Assembly (NCBI GenBank): GCA_036172245.1 | Contig: JAYWIR010000016.1 | Location: 930,001 to 994,000, forward strand | DNA length: 64,000 nt | Direction of reading: 5' to 3' | Origin: Raillietiella orientalis | Lineage: Eukaryota | Part shown: piece by piece, positions 24,749-35,700 of the stretch | Layout of the letters: every line of letters begins with the position of its first letter | How positions within the stretch are numbered: the first letter of the stretch is position 1 | Notes under the pieces: model-generated | The model's database searches: none | What the model saw: only the letters and a program-made list of their open reading frames with translations | Told to the model about the DNA's origin: nothing | Translations under genes and position numbers: made by a program

Positions 24749-26110
24749 TTCTTAGGAGGCGCCTCCGCTGAGGAGGACGCACTTCCGGAATCCGGATCGG
24801 CTTCACCTGCCTCCGGAGCCTTCCTCGCGGCCGGCCTTCGTAAGGCTTTCCGCGAGTTCTTCTCACGGCCTTGCAGTTCAGCCGCGAGTTCTTCCGCCGC
24901 CTGCTGGAAGGCGGCCTCCTCGATCGCGTCGCATGGTTCCCCCTCTGTTTCCACAGAGGTTCGCCTTCAACCGTCGCGGCTCCGGCGGATACGAGGGGGG
25001 GATTGCTCCCCCGGTGGTGGCATCGAGTGCCTCCACGCTCTAAAGTCACCGAACACGCGCGGCGTTTTTCGCGGCATTCTCTTCTACCGCTCGTTTCCCC
25101 TTTGCCTTTTTGGCAGCGGGTGGGACCGGGATTTCTCTCTTCGGGCACACCTTACGAATGTGGCCCTTATTTCCACATAAGTGGCATTGGATGTTAAGGC
25201 ACCGTTTTTTTAGGTGCCCTGTGGAATCACAATGGCCACAGTACTTGGGCTTTCCCACGTACCAAACATCGACTTTTTCTTCGCCGATGCAGGTGCCCCG
25301 GATTCCGTGGGGGCGGATGCCCCCACTTCCATGGGTGGAGGAGGGCAAGTCGCCTCTCTCCCCCCAATCTCCATCGGAATGTCCTCAGGAATTTCTGCCA
25401 TGGGACATCTGCGATCCCATACATCACACAAAACCCACAAGAAGCTTCCCACCAACCAGTCCGCGGAACAATGCGCAAAAACACGTCCTCTTGCTAGAAA
25501 GCGAGCAGGTCTTTTAAATTGGGAGTCTTTTAAACTGGTCCAACCAAAATTCTTTTCTGTAATAAGTTTGTTGAAAGACAAACGCCCCTGCACACCCAGG
25601 TGAAAATCGAGCTCATGACGTCACGTGGTCCTCCGCGCCTTCCGAAGCGGCTCCCTGGACGAAGCAGGCGCACCATCACCGTCCAGCGCTCCAAGTTTCT
25701 CGCGAAGCCGTCCCTCTTGACCGGACTCGAGAGGCCCGCTCGTGACTCCTCCTCCGTTTCCTCCTCTTCATGGTTTCCTCCCGCGAAAGTTCCCCTGAGC
25801 TTCACGAATCTCCTTCGTTTGAAGGGGATTCGTGAAGCTCCCGGAGCATTTGTTCGGAGGATTCGGGATCGGACAAGGAGAATTTCCACAACTTCCGTCA
25901 GTGTTTTTTCAAACTGGATCTCCACAGCAACGATGCATCCTTATTTAGCTTGTGTGTGTCCAAACGAAGCGAAAGGATCCTCCGTGAGTGAACTCGCCAT
26001 CGCATCGCCGCCGGATCAGGTCAAGGTCATCTCGGCGTGCTTCATTGGATACGCGCGGTCAGATCAAACTCACACATCAGTGTGCACACTTCCGGCGGTG
26101 GTGCGATCCC
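24749..26110 (-). mobile_element. L1/Tx1-type ORF1 (frameshifted) with two CCHC knuckles and 5' UTR; probably the 5' half of element B
   Basis: VWYVGKPKYCGHCDSTGHLKKRCLNIQCHLCGNKGHIRKVCP; ATG at 26000-25998; low-complexity charged tail. Confidence 0.87.
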
Positions 26111-26379
26111 AAGCTCCATTTGAATGCATAAACTAAATAAGGATGCAAGGTGCAGACATGCAACTCGGGCTTAAGCCGACTTGAAGGTTGGCGCCGTGCG
26201 TGGGGAAGAGGGAAAGACGAGAGCAAGGGACGTGGGAGAGAAGGAAGGGGAAAAAAATTGGCAAAATTCAGCCAAGGTGCATTGATGAGTACCAAAAAAA
26301 AAAAGAGGAAGGTATTGCCGAGTGTGGACCGAATTGCGGTGAGCATCCGGGGAAGATAAGAGAGGAGGGAGTCACCGTG

Positions 26380-29300
26380 CGCGACCCGCGTCCTTCCTAC
26401 AGCCTCCCTGAGATACAGGAGCCCTTCCCTAAATTCCTGCTAGTGGAGACGAGTGCACCTCGCCACCCTTCCTGTCATGGAGGGAACGAGGCGGACGACC
26501 GTCCTCCGGTGCCGTCTCCGTGCGGATGCGGCACCGTTGCATCCGGCCGACGGAGAGATTCCTTAACTGCTACAGAAGCCAAGTCCCTCGGGACCAAGAG
26601 GGCTACCGCCTCTCGCTGCCATGAGCCGTGGAGGAAGCCGCAGTCCAGAATTTGGTTTGCGGGGGGGGGGGGAATACCGACGCCCGGCGCCTGACCCGTC
26701 CGGTGGTGTCGCTCGCACGGGAAGCCTCCAGTACAAGAAGAGCGCCTTTCCACAGGAGGAGAAGCGCTGAACCGTCGAGGAGGACGGCGGAAGCCAGCAG
26801 TGCATCTGGGGGGGTGTCGAGATGGTGTGCCCCTGAGCGCAGTCCTTGGACGGAAACGCGCGATGTCGGCCAAAAACTCTCGGGCTGACCATCCGCTTAT
26901 CCGTTTGCTGCTAAACCCTGCTTTGCAGCAGGAAACCAGCCCCTCCTCCCGGCCGAATGGCTCCCGTGATCACGCTTCCATAGGAAGGACAGTGCCGCTA
27001 CTAGGGTCCTGCCCACGTCTTGGAGTCCCGTCGTGCCTACTGCAAGGCGCGGAACGGAACGAAGTACTTTCCGGGATAGTCGTGCCGAGGCACCCGCGAC
27101 CTCTTTCTGCCACGAGCCGTGGTTCGGCCCGCGTCGGAGGCCACGTGCTTGCTGTCTCAGCTCGTGGCACCAGGCGTCGCGGGTTCGAATACTCGAAAAG
27201 AATCGACGCCGAGAGTTTGTGCACGTCGTGGGTTCGAGCTCCTCCCGCGAGATCACGCTGGTGGGCCTGCATTCGGGTGCGACTCCGGTAGCGGTTCGAA
27301 TTGGATGCTCCCATTGGTGCCGGAACAATGGGAATCGACCCCTGGGTCCTTCCAGGACTATGTGAGCTTCATCAGCAGAGATGCCAAGTCCTTCAATGGG
27401 TTATCCCGGGCTCTTTGATCTGCTGTTGCGATTTCAGGGGACGAGAAGAGCCATTCCCTCGCGACCAGCCTCGCGCGGGGAGGCACCAGTGCTGGTTCTA
27501 CTAAAGGGCTACATGAGACAGCCTGCGAAAGTGGACCTGCATGTCCAGTTCCTCCAGCGTCAAAGTCCCGAATCCATCATCGGAGTGCGGAGTCAAGAAT
27601 TCTTTTAGAGGCACCCGAGATCTCTCACTCTCCCCCTTCCCCCTCCAATAAGAAAAGAGAGGGAGCCACAATGGAGGGCAAGCCAGAAGTGTTCCAGATT
27701 GCTGCGCGTTCCAACAAGAGAAACCTGCCGCCTAGGGACAATCCCAGAGCCTTTTCGAAGCAGCCAGACCGAGCACCCACGCCTCTTTGGCGAAGAAATC
27801 GTACACAGGTACACCAAGACACCGGAAGATACTACTCTTCCGGGTCGGACCCAGTGTGGCTGCCCTTTTTGCCATTCTCCAGCAGGAACGTCCGCCGACT
27901 GACTCCACCTTGTTCCTGTGCGTACCCTCTCCTCGGCAGGTTGACTGGGAGGGTCGCTCGAGAGACGGCGTCGTGGTAGGCATGGGCAACCGGAGGAGGA
28001 GTTGTCTCCCGCGTAAAGCGACGAGCCGGTGGGCAGGAATGCGGAGTCGGGAGGTCGCCAGTGTTTCCGGGAACTACCCGCTCGATGCAAACTCGAAGGG
28101 CTCAGACTGCCTCCCTATCGAGCCCATCGCCTCGATAGGAGCGCTGAACAGGTGCCGATCACGGGAACAGCAGGTGGTCTGGGAATTCAGCTCGTTCCAG
28201 CAGCTCCGAAGGGAGTTAGAGATGACCAAGGTCCTTTTCGATGCACTCGAGGAGCAACGACCCGTTTCTAAAGCTCCCGGTACGCTCCCCCCACCCCTAG
28301 TGTTAATTCCTCCCCTCTTGCTGTAGAGCACGATGGGATGCTGCAGCCTGAACCAGGTCTTCGCGTAGAGCAAGTTGGTGTTCGCGCTTTGACTCCGGGG
28401 GCGGCGTTCCAGGCTAATCAAGGACGCTGTCTTCAAGGAAGGGAGAGCAGCTGGCTCGTTGCTAGGCGAAAGGTTCACTCCATGACAGGCAACTTCGGAA
28501 TCGGACTCTTAGCCCTGTGCTTCAGACGAACTCCTAATTGCTGCAACTCGGCTTCACTTGTCAAGGGCGACGAGGCCGAATCCTTTCGAGCCAGAGTTGA
28601 GACTCTGAGGGAGGGAGAGGGGTAAAATCGCATGCCCCATGTTCCCTTGTCCGGCGCAGCAGCATAAGATACCTGGTCCATCGCCTCCTCACATGTTCAT
28701 GTCCCGGAATCAAAAAAACTCTTCTCCACGCCATCCGGAGTCTGGAAATCGGGTGCAGGATAGATCCTTCAAATGATCTGTTTTTCCAGATAGGATGACT
28801 CATACAGAGACAACCCGAATCCTTGGAAGCGACCTGAAATTCCGAAAGAAAAGCCATTAACGGGACGTCCCCTGTGTCTATCCATTCTGTGAGTTCAACA
28901 GAGGACCGTACTTCCACCTCTGTTTGCAACCTTCCTGGCCAGGAAGAGATGGTGGACCCGCACCTGTCAAGGACGAAGCCAGAAGAAACTCTGTTGGAGG
29001 TCCGCAGCAATCCCAGCATGCAAGCGGGTCGCAGACAGAGACACTGCGCGTAGGGGCGAAAGACGAATCGATCCATCTAGTAGCCGCTGCTTTCCTCCGA
29101 AGTTTCCCTCAGGCGCTCGAGGAGGCGGAAGGGAAAAAGTGAGTCCCATCCGGTAAAGCGAATGATTAGAAAAGCCTTAGGGCCGAAATGACCTCGACGT
29201 ATTCTCAAACTGTGAATGGATGACGAGTCCGGCTGGCTTGCAGGCTTAAGCTCGGACTGTCGAATCCATGAGCGCCCAACGGGCCCTTCTCGGTGAGCAG
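26380..29300 (-). mobile_element. Strongly decayed L1/Tx1-type element C (ORF2: APE end, RT, C-terminus)
   Basis: Remnants in LINE order: MDRFVF, PLTSEAEL...KSP, NTNLLYAKTWF, SIGRQSEPFEF, AHAYHDA (YADD-like), FRCLGVPV, LSLGGR, VLLDGSALLLLW. Confidence 0.7.
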
Positions 29301-31470
29301 AACTGGGATGAACCAACTGACTGACTGCACCGACTCGGATTCGGACTACTGCAGGTGCGGAAGGCACCTGCGAAGTTCTCTGCGAATGGGGTCCCATGCA
29401 TACGCTGCTGCTCCCTCCACGCGCTCACGCAGAGTCCCTTCCTTTCCCGTCGTGCTCATCTCGTGGTTGTCGGCTGTAGTCGGCGAGAGTTCTTTCCGGA
29501 GAGCCCTATTCACGCTTTCGCTCGGAGATCGAGTCCCTCCTGCCCTCCAGTCTTTGCTTCCCTCTCTGGGACACAGCCAAACCTGGCGATCTGCAGCGGA
29601 GGTCACGGTCCGGAATCAGGGCTGAACGGAACACACGAGTCCCACCTTGAAGGAACTCCGTCTCATCCCTAGGGACGCCGATGATGTCATCACGTGGTTC
29701 TCATAGCTGTCGCTTATGACTCGGCGCCGACTGCAAGTACGGAGTGCTTGCCTCATTGGGGAAATCTGCCACCCACAACCGAGACAACTTCCCTTGGAAA
29801 CTCGTTGCTGCTGCCAACCGCCTACTGCACCAGGTCACTTTCTTCCCCAAAGTGTGCGCAGCGGGTGCAACAGGGGACGCGCCTGCTCCGACACTTCCAT
29901 GGAAGTGCTGCAGCTTGCCCGGAGGCAACACGGCGCCGCCGTCAACTTTGAAAAAGTCGAAGACCCGGGCGGGATCAAAAATGGAATCACAGCGACGAGA
30001 GAGGCCGATGTCTTCCTTGTTTCTGTGCCTTCCCTCGGATCCTTTGGTAGGTACTTGGAAGGTGGCCTACAGAAAGCAATCCGAACTCCAAAGGGCGCCC
30101 TCGTGTCCTCTTCCTCAGCATGCTGTTTTTAAAGCCCACTCATTTTCGAGTGTTCTTTCTTCATTCTAAACCAGATGGCCATGCATAAATAGAATAGAGT
30201 GGTTCCTGTCACAAAGAAAGGCGGCAGAAACGAGGAGAGCAGTGGAAAGAACTCCTCCAACTCCGGAAGAACTCTTCAAACTGCCATTTGTCCGAGGAAG
30301 GGCACAGCAGCTGGTAAGAAGGTGGAAAGACCTCCGGAAGCAAAAGTACTTGCAGCTGTGGACGACGGGCGGACCTCACCCTGAATCTGTTGGAAATAAG
30401 GGAATGGTCAGATTTCGATGGAGAGTGGACATGACGTGCGAGGACAGCTGCAGTCCCGAGAAACATAATGAACAGAGTATTCAAGTGGTTCTTGCAATTC
30501 TTCGCCAGGAGAGATGCCCTGCAATCCCAACAGTTTCACTGCTACTCGACTTCTTTTGTACTTTCCATGACACGGCAGCCGTCCGCTCACCGGTTGGTAT
30601 TCGCCACTGATCCTCGGTCGCTGCTCCCCGTCCTCCCCCGGAGTAACAAAACCTCGGGTTCCAACTTCCCCAGCAGCCTCACAATCTATCGAATTTTACG
30701 GGGACTCGCAAGCCATTTTAAATTTGATAGACTGTGTGGGAGCGAGCCGGAACCTCCAGAACGAGGCTTCGCACATTCCCGCTTTCTTACATTTCGCTTC
30801 CGCATTCCATACGCTCCTCTCCCGCCTTTCTCCTCTCTCCCTGGATTGAAGGCAAAGCGTCCGATCGACCAACGGAGCGCTACGTGATCCGGTCATCACC
30901 GGTCAGAGGTTCGCGTTCTTGTGGCGAACGAGGGCAATGCGAGAAAACTCTGCATACGTTAGTTTTGGCTCGCAGACGGCGCGAGGCGCAGGGAGGAAGG
31001 AACCCTTCCTCCGCGCATGAGAAGCACGGAGTTTCCCCGGGGTCCAGGCGCCGCCCCCGCTGTGAAGCCACCTTTGCAGAGCACGCAAGGCTTCCGTACG
31101 CCTAATGTGGTGCGCACAAGTAGAAGCACCCAGAAGTGTTCCTACTTGTGCTGGGTCGGCATTCGTGGTCTCGCACGCGTTGCGGCGGTGCACAGCTGGC
31201 AGGCGGTGGTGGCAACTACGGATACGGCGCCCACGCATGAATCTGCCACCATCCAGCTTGGGGGTATGCCCCCCGGTCTCAAGAAACAGCCGACTCTGCG
31301 CGCGCTCCACAGAGGATCGTGGGCTGGCGGCGCCCCTGCCCCTCCCGCATCGTCTCCGATGGGAATGAAATGCATTCTGTATTATGCCACGTTTTGCAAT
31401 CAACCTTTCCACAAATTTCGTACCGGAAACACTTGCTTGAATGCCACTACATGTACACGAACAGCTCTGT

Positions 31471-32575
31471 TTGTCACCCGGGTGCGCCGGGGCGTTTATT
31501 GAAAAACTATCCGGGAACGGAGTTCCCGGACAAAGGATACAGAGAATACGAAGGGGGTGGGATCCCCGACACGCATCTCGGTATACCGAAAGTCCGGAAC
31601 GGGAGGGAGGGGACCACAAATACTTCTGTCGCTGCGGCCGCATACGGAGCGCGCCACGAGAAGCTTTGGTTTCCCGTTGAAACCCCTCTACCGGCTCCTG
31701 GCAGCCCAGGAATGGATCTCCTGCCTCCCAACGAACTTTGAAGCCTGGCGGCAGGAATCGTTGCATGCCTGGGCAAAGCAACAGGGTGTTTCCCTCTTGA
31801 AACTCCGTCGCGCCAACCTCTCTCCATACTGTACGGTGGATGAAGTCTGGAACAGCCAGAAGTGGACTCGCCTGGCCGTCACGCCTCTCGCCGACGCGCG
31901 GTCAGTCCTCAGGGCAAGTGATGACAGCTGCCCTCCGGCGAGGTGGGAGGTCGCCTGCACCATCGCAGGAGCAACCCGACCCATGGGCGGCTGAAGGACT
32001 TGCGAGCTGGCGGATGCCGCCACGCCTCGCCACATTTCGAAGGGACTCCTTCGGTGGAGAGAACTCTTGAGTGTGCCCCCCGAAGCCCTCGTGCGTGGAC
32101 ACTTCTGTGTTTCCCCTTCCATGGAAGCAGGACGTGATCTTGCTGGTGCATTGGGGCTTCCATTGCGACCAGCGTAGCAACCTTGTTTCCGGGGGAGTTG
32201 TCTCCCCAAACTGTAAGCGGTGCGGGGAAGTGGAAACGCTCCCGCACCTGCTCCTGGACTGCGGTGCCCTCCTAGGACTTTGGAGGAGGCTGGCCTCAGC
32301 TCTCCTGCACCAGGGGGACACCGCGAGGGACTTGATGCGCTGCTTCTTCACGCCAGGAAGCCTGTCTTTAGGTGCTGTCATCGCAACCGTGTGTTGCACC
32401 CGCGCCAACGATGAGGCCCACCGAGAGCTGAAGAAGCTGGCCATCCTTCGTCAGCCCACCGGATTAGCCAGCGCGAGCATGTCGTCGGCTGCCGAGTGGG
32501 CCCACCTACCAGAGGGCGTGAGAAGAGAGATCGCCGGCATCCATCGCCGGTTCTGAAAGGAAGGAACGGCCGTAC
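31471..32575 (-). mobile_element. 5'-inverted (twin-primed) Tx1-like insertion with a perfect 15-bp TSD, just 3' of the PNPLA8 stop
   Basis: TSD cacgaacagctctgt at 31456-31470 and 32576-32590. The 3' terminus is on the minus strand (31471-31623) and the ORF2 C-terminal segment is on the plus strand (about 31627-32575). Confidence 0.92.
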
Positions 32576-32711
32576 CACGAACAGCTCTGTCGGAGATATT
32601 GGATACAAGAATAATGCCTACGATTACAGCATCCCATTACTTTTTTACGAAACGTTTTGTCACTAAAAATTTAATCAGTGAAAAATAATGGCACAGACTG
32701 CTTGCTACGAC

Positions 32712-35700
32712 TTAAAAATATATCTTCATTTTCCTTAAAAAGCTGAAGTCCATCATCAGCAGCCTCAGCCTCAGCGTTTCTAGCAGTCGTTGCTTTAATT
32801 TTTTCCGACGGTTCAAAGCATTCACAGCCGACATAAGTTTGCCATGGTTTTTACGAATATATAATTTTGCGTCTTCTTTCAGCTGCACGATCTTCTCCGT
32901 CCTGGTTTCATCCATCAGAACAGCCTCTGATAAATACGGGTTGAAACGGAAGTATACTTCTTCCGGCAAAAGGTCATTTAAGATGATGTGCACACCTACG
33001 GAACGGTTGGCAATGAGAACGGCCAGTCGTCTGTGGACACCTACTTTCCGTTTCCGTAGCACTGTCCACAAGACTCGACAATTTATTTCGCCAACTAGTG
33101 GATCCCGACCAGGGATGCTTCAGGGGCTCGTGTCTTCCCGTGCCCAAGGACACTATGCACTGCAACGGAGTGAGGGGCCACAGCAACTGCGCTTCGTGGA
33201 TAGCTATGCCGGTGGGGTTGTTGCTCAGGAGGCCCCCGTCCTCAAACCTACATCTCTTCCTCGCACCACGGACCGGAAATGAATACCTGGTGAAGGAAAT
33301 CGTGCACTTTCAGCTCCTCGAAGTAGCCAGGAGCTGCTGCGGAGGCCCGCACGGCTTCCCACAACGGATGAGAACTCCCGCCGAAATACTGCGACTGCGT
33401 CCGAGGCGCGGTCTCGTAATTGCGAAAGATGTACGGCATCGGTTTGGACGTGTTGACGATCGTCGAAACGGCGACCAGCTGGAAGAAGAAAAAAAACTTG
33501 CTCGGAATCCGCTGTGCACTCCCATTACCTTGGGGCAATCCGAATCGATACGTGTGTGCAGCAGGGGTGTGTCCCCCAGGTTTTCTTTGAGCATGTTGGT
33601 CCAGAGTTCGCTGTCATAGTACGCGTGACTCCACACCAGGCTGCCCGTACCGAGAATTGTGTTCTGACTAAATACTTTGCCGCTGAGCTCTCTATACAAC
33701 TCTTCGCACTGGTCCACGCTCTTCTTCTGAATACCTAACAGCACTGCCAGCAGCGCTCCAGTACTTACACCGCATATAAAATCAAACAACTTGTGAATGG
33801 GTGTTTCACATTTCGTTTCGATAAACTTCAGAATTTCTAAGGCAACGAAGGCACTGCAAATCACAGCATGTCGGTAACGGGCTATGCTTTCGGGGAAACA
33901 CTCAACACATCAACTGCCGCGCACACAGATTTGCGGTCAACTCACGCAGACTTCGTGAAGACACAAACGAACTTCAAAGTTCGTGTACGCATTGGGTGTA
34001 TGCGGACGCACATGTAATCATACGCACGCGCATGCACACTATGACACGGGCTTCATCAACATACCAACAACATTTATGTACACGATTCAATCCGAGTCGG
34101 CAGTCGAGCACGTACTTTGCAGAGGAAAAATTTCTTTCAAGAGGTGTGATTCTATGAGAACGTACAGAATATCGAAAGTTGTCACTGTATTACTTGGAAA
34201 ATCGAATCGAATTACTACGTTCTTAAAGGGTGTTCCTGAAGTTTTTCGTTCAGTTTCCTGATTTCATGTCTCTCTCGAGTTTCGTTTTCCCACTAACACT
34301 TGGCTTCCCGTGTACTTCCCCCATTGCATGCAACCTGCATCGTCTGCACTGGCCACCCTGCAGCTTCCACTCTTCTACATGTGGACATTCATTCATCACA
34401 AATTGCTGGCGCCATGACCCAACCATAACAAGCACACCTGCGGTACCGTGCTCCTACACATCGAAACATACATGGCTTGAGGAGTCGTGAGAACAAGGAG
34501 TATGGGCAAAGTTATGCTACTTTCGGCCTATTTCGTGGTGTTGGGATAACCCGACGGGAAGGACATTCGGAACCAAATGAGGGATGCTCCCAAGTTCCCA
34601 ACGTCTCTTCGCATTATTATGGAATGAAAAACTTTCGTTCTTGTTATGTATGCAGGAAGAAATGAGTACATCTCTGCTTGCCTTACTCACAACGCAAAGT
34701 GAAGTTTCGGCGCAAAAAAAGTCCGTGTTGGTACATTCACGAGCATTACCTTCCTCAAAGCATCCAAAGTACACCAGGGAGAACCTACACCTGCCATATC
34801 TTTTTGAAAATTCTGAGTGCATCAAAGAGTTCTATTTTTTTTTCTTCACCACTTTAAATACTTTGTCGAGTTCATGAGATACTATAACCGCCCAAATTGT
34901 CTGCAAAAACTCATGCATATGGTCCACAGTGATAAGTTTTATGCACAGGTGCTTTACATAGACACCAAGAGTCATAATCAATCACAAGTATTTTGAAACC
35001 ACAGTCCTTATCGTTTTTTTTTTTGAGTTTTATTCGGTAACAGAAAACATAAATAGAATGATAAAACCCTACACAGTGTTTAGCGCACCAAAATAAACGA
35101 TTGCCTATGTATAACAAAAACAATGTTCTGTGACTGCTTCTTATTTTATTAATACCAGCTTCCAAGGGCATTATGCACCTCTAAATCACTCTAACACTCA
35201 AGACACACTAACACAAGTTGAGCTTTATTTGACTTAGTCATATGCGATTTTCTTTGTGTGAAAATCATTAATCTGAAGGAAAAAAATTGGATTTACCGAA
35301 TTCCACCTCCATCGATGCTGAGAATTTTGATACCTTGGCCCCTCACAGGATCAGTATATCCAATAAGGCACAATGCTTCCTGGAGTTTTTTTAAAAGTAT
35401 TTTGTCTTCTGTTACTTTGCGCACTGATAGTAACTGTGAAAGGCATCCTTGCTACACAATATAATAAATGCAGATGAATACTTGGAGTGTTTAAACATTA
35501 CTTTTCAAATATACGTAAAGTTAGCAATAAATTTAAGAGTGGTGATCATATCAGTCTGAACAAATTCAAAATCAACAAGGATCACCTAATATGAAGTCTC
35601 ATAGAAATAGTCAATTTCATCAGAAAAGTTTCCATGCATATGATGACTAAGCAATAGCTCAGAATAACATGGTTTACTGAATTTAAACATAGTGGGATAG

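Noticed and set aside
30242..30610. PTPEELFKLPFV resembling a kinase C-lobe end
   Set aside because: No upstream kinase motifs or convincing exon structure.
32974..33864. Apparent frameshifts in PNPLA8 in the ORF track (pseudogene?)
   Set aside because: Fully explained by 46-50 nt GT-AG introns that restore one intact frame.
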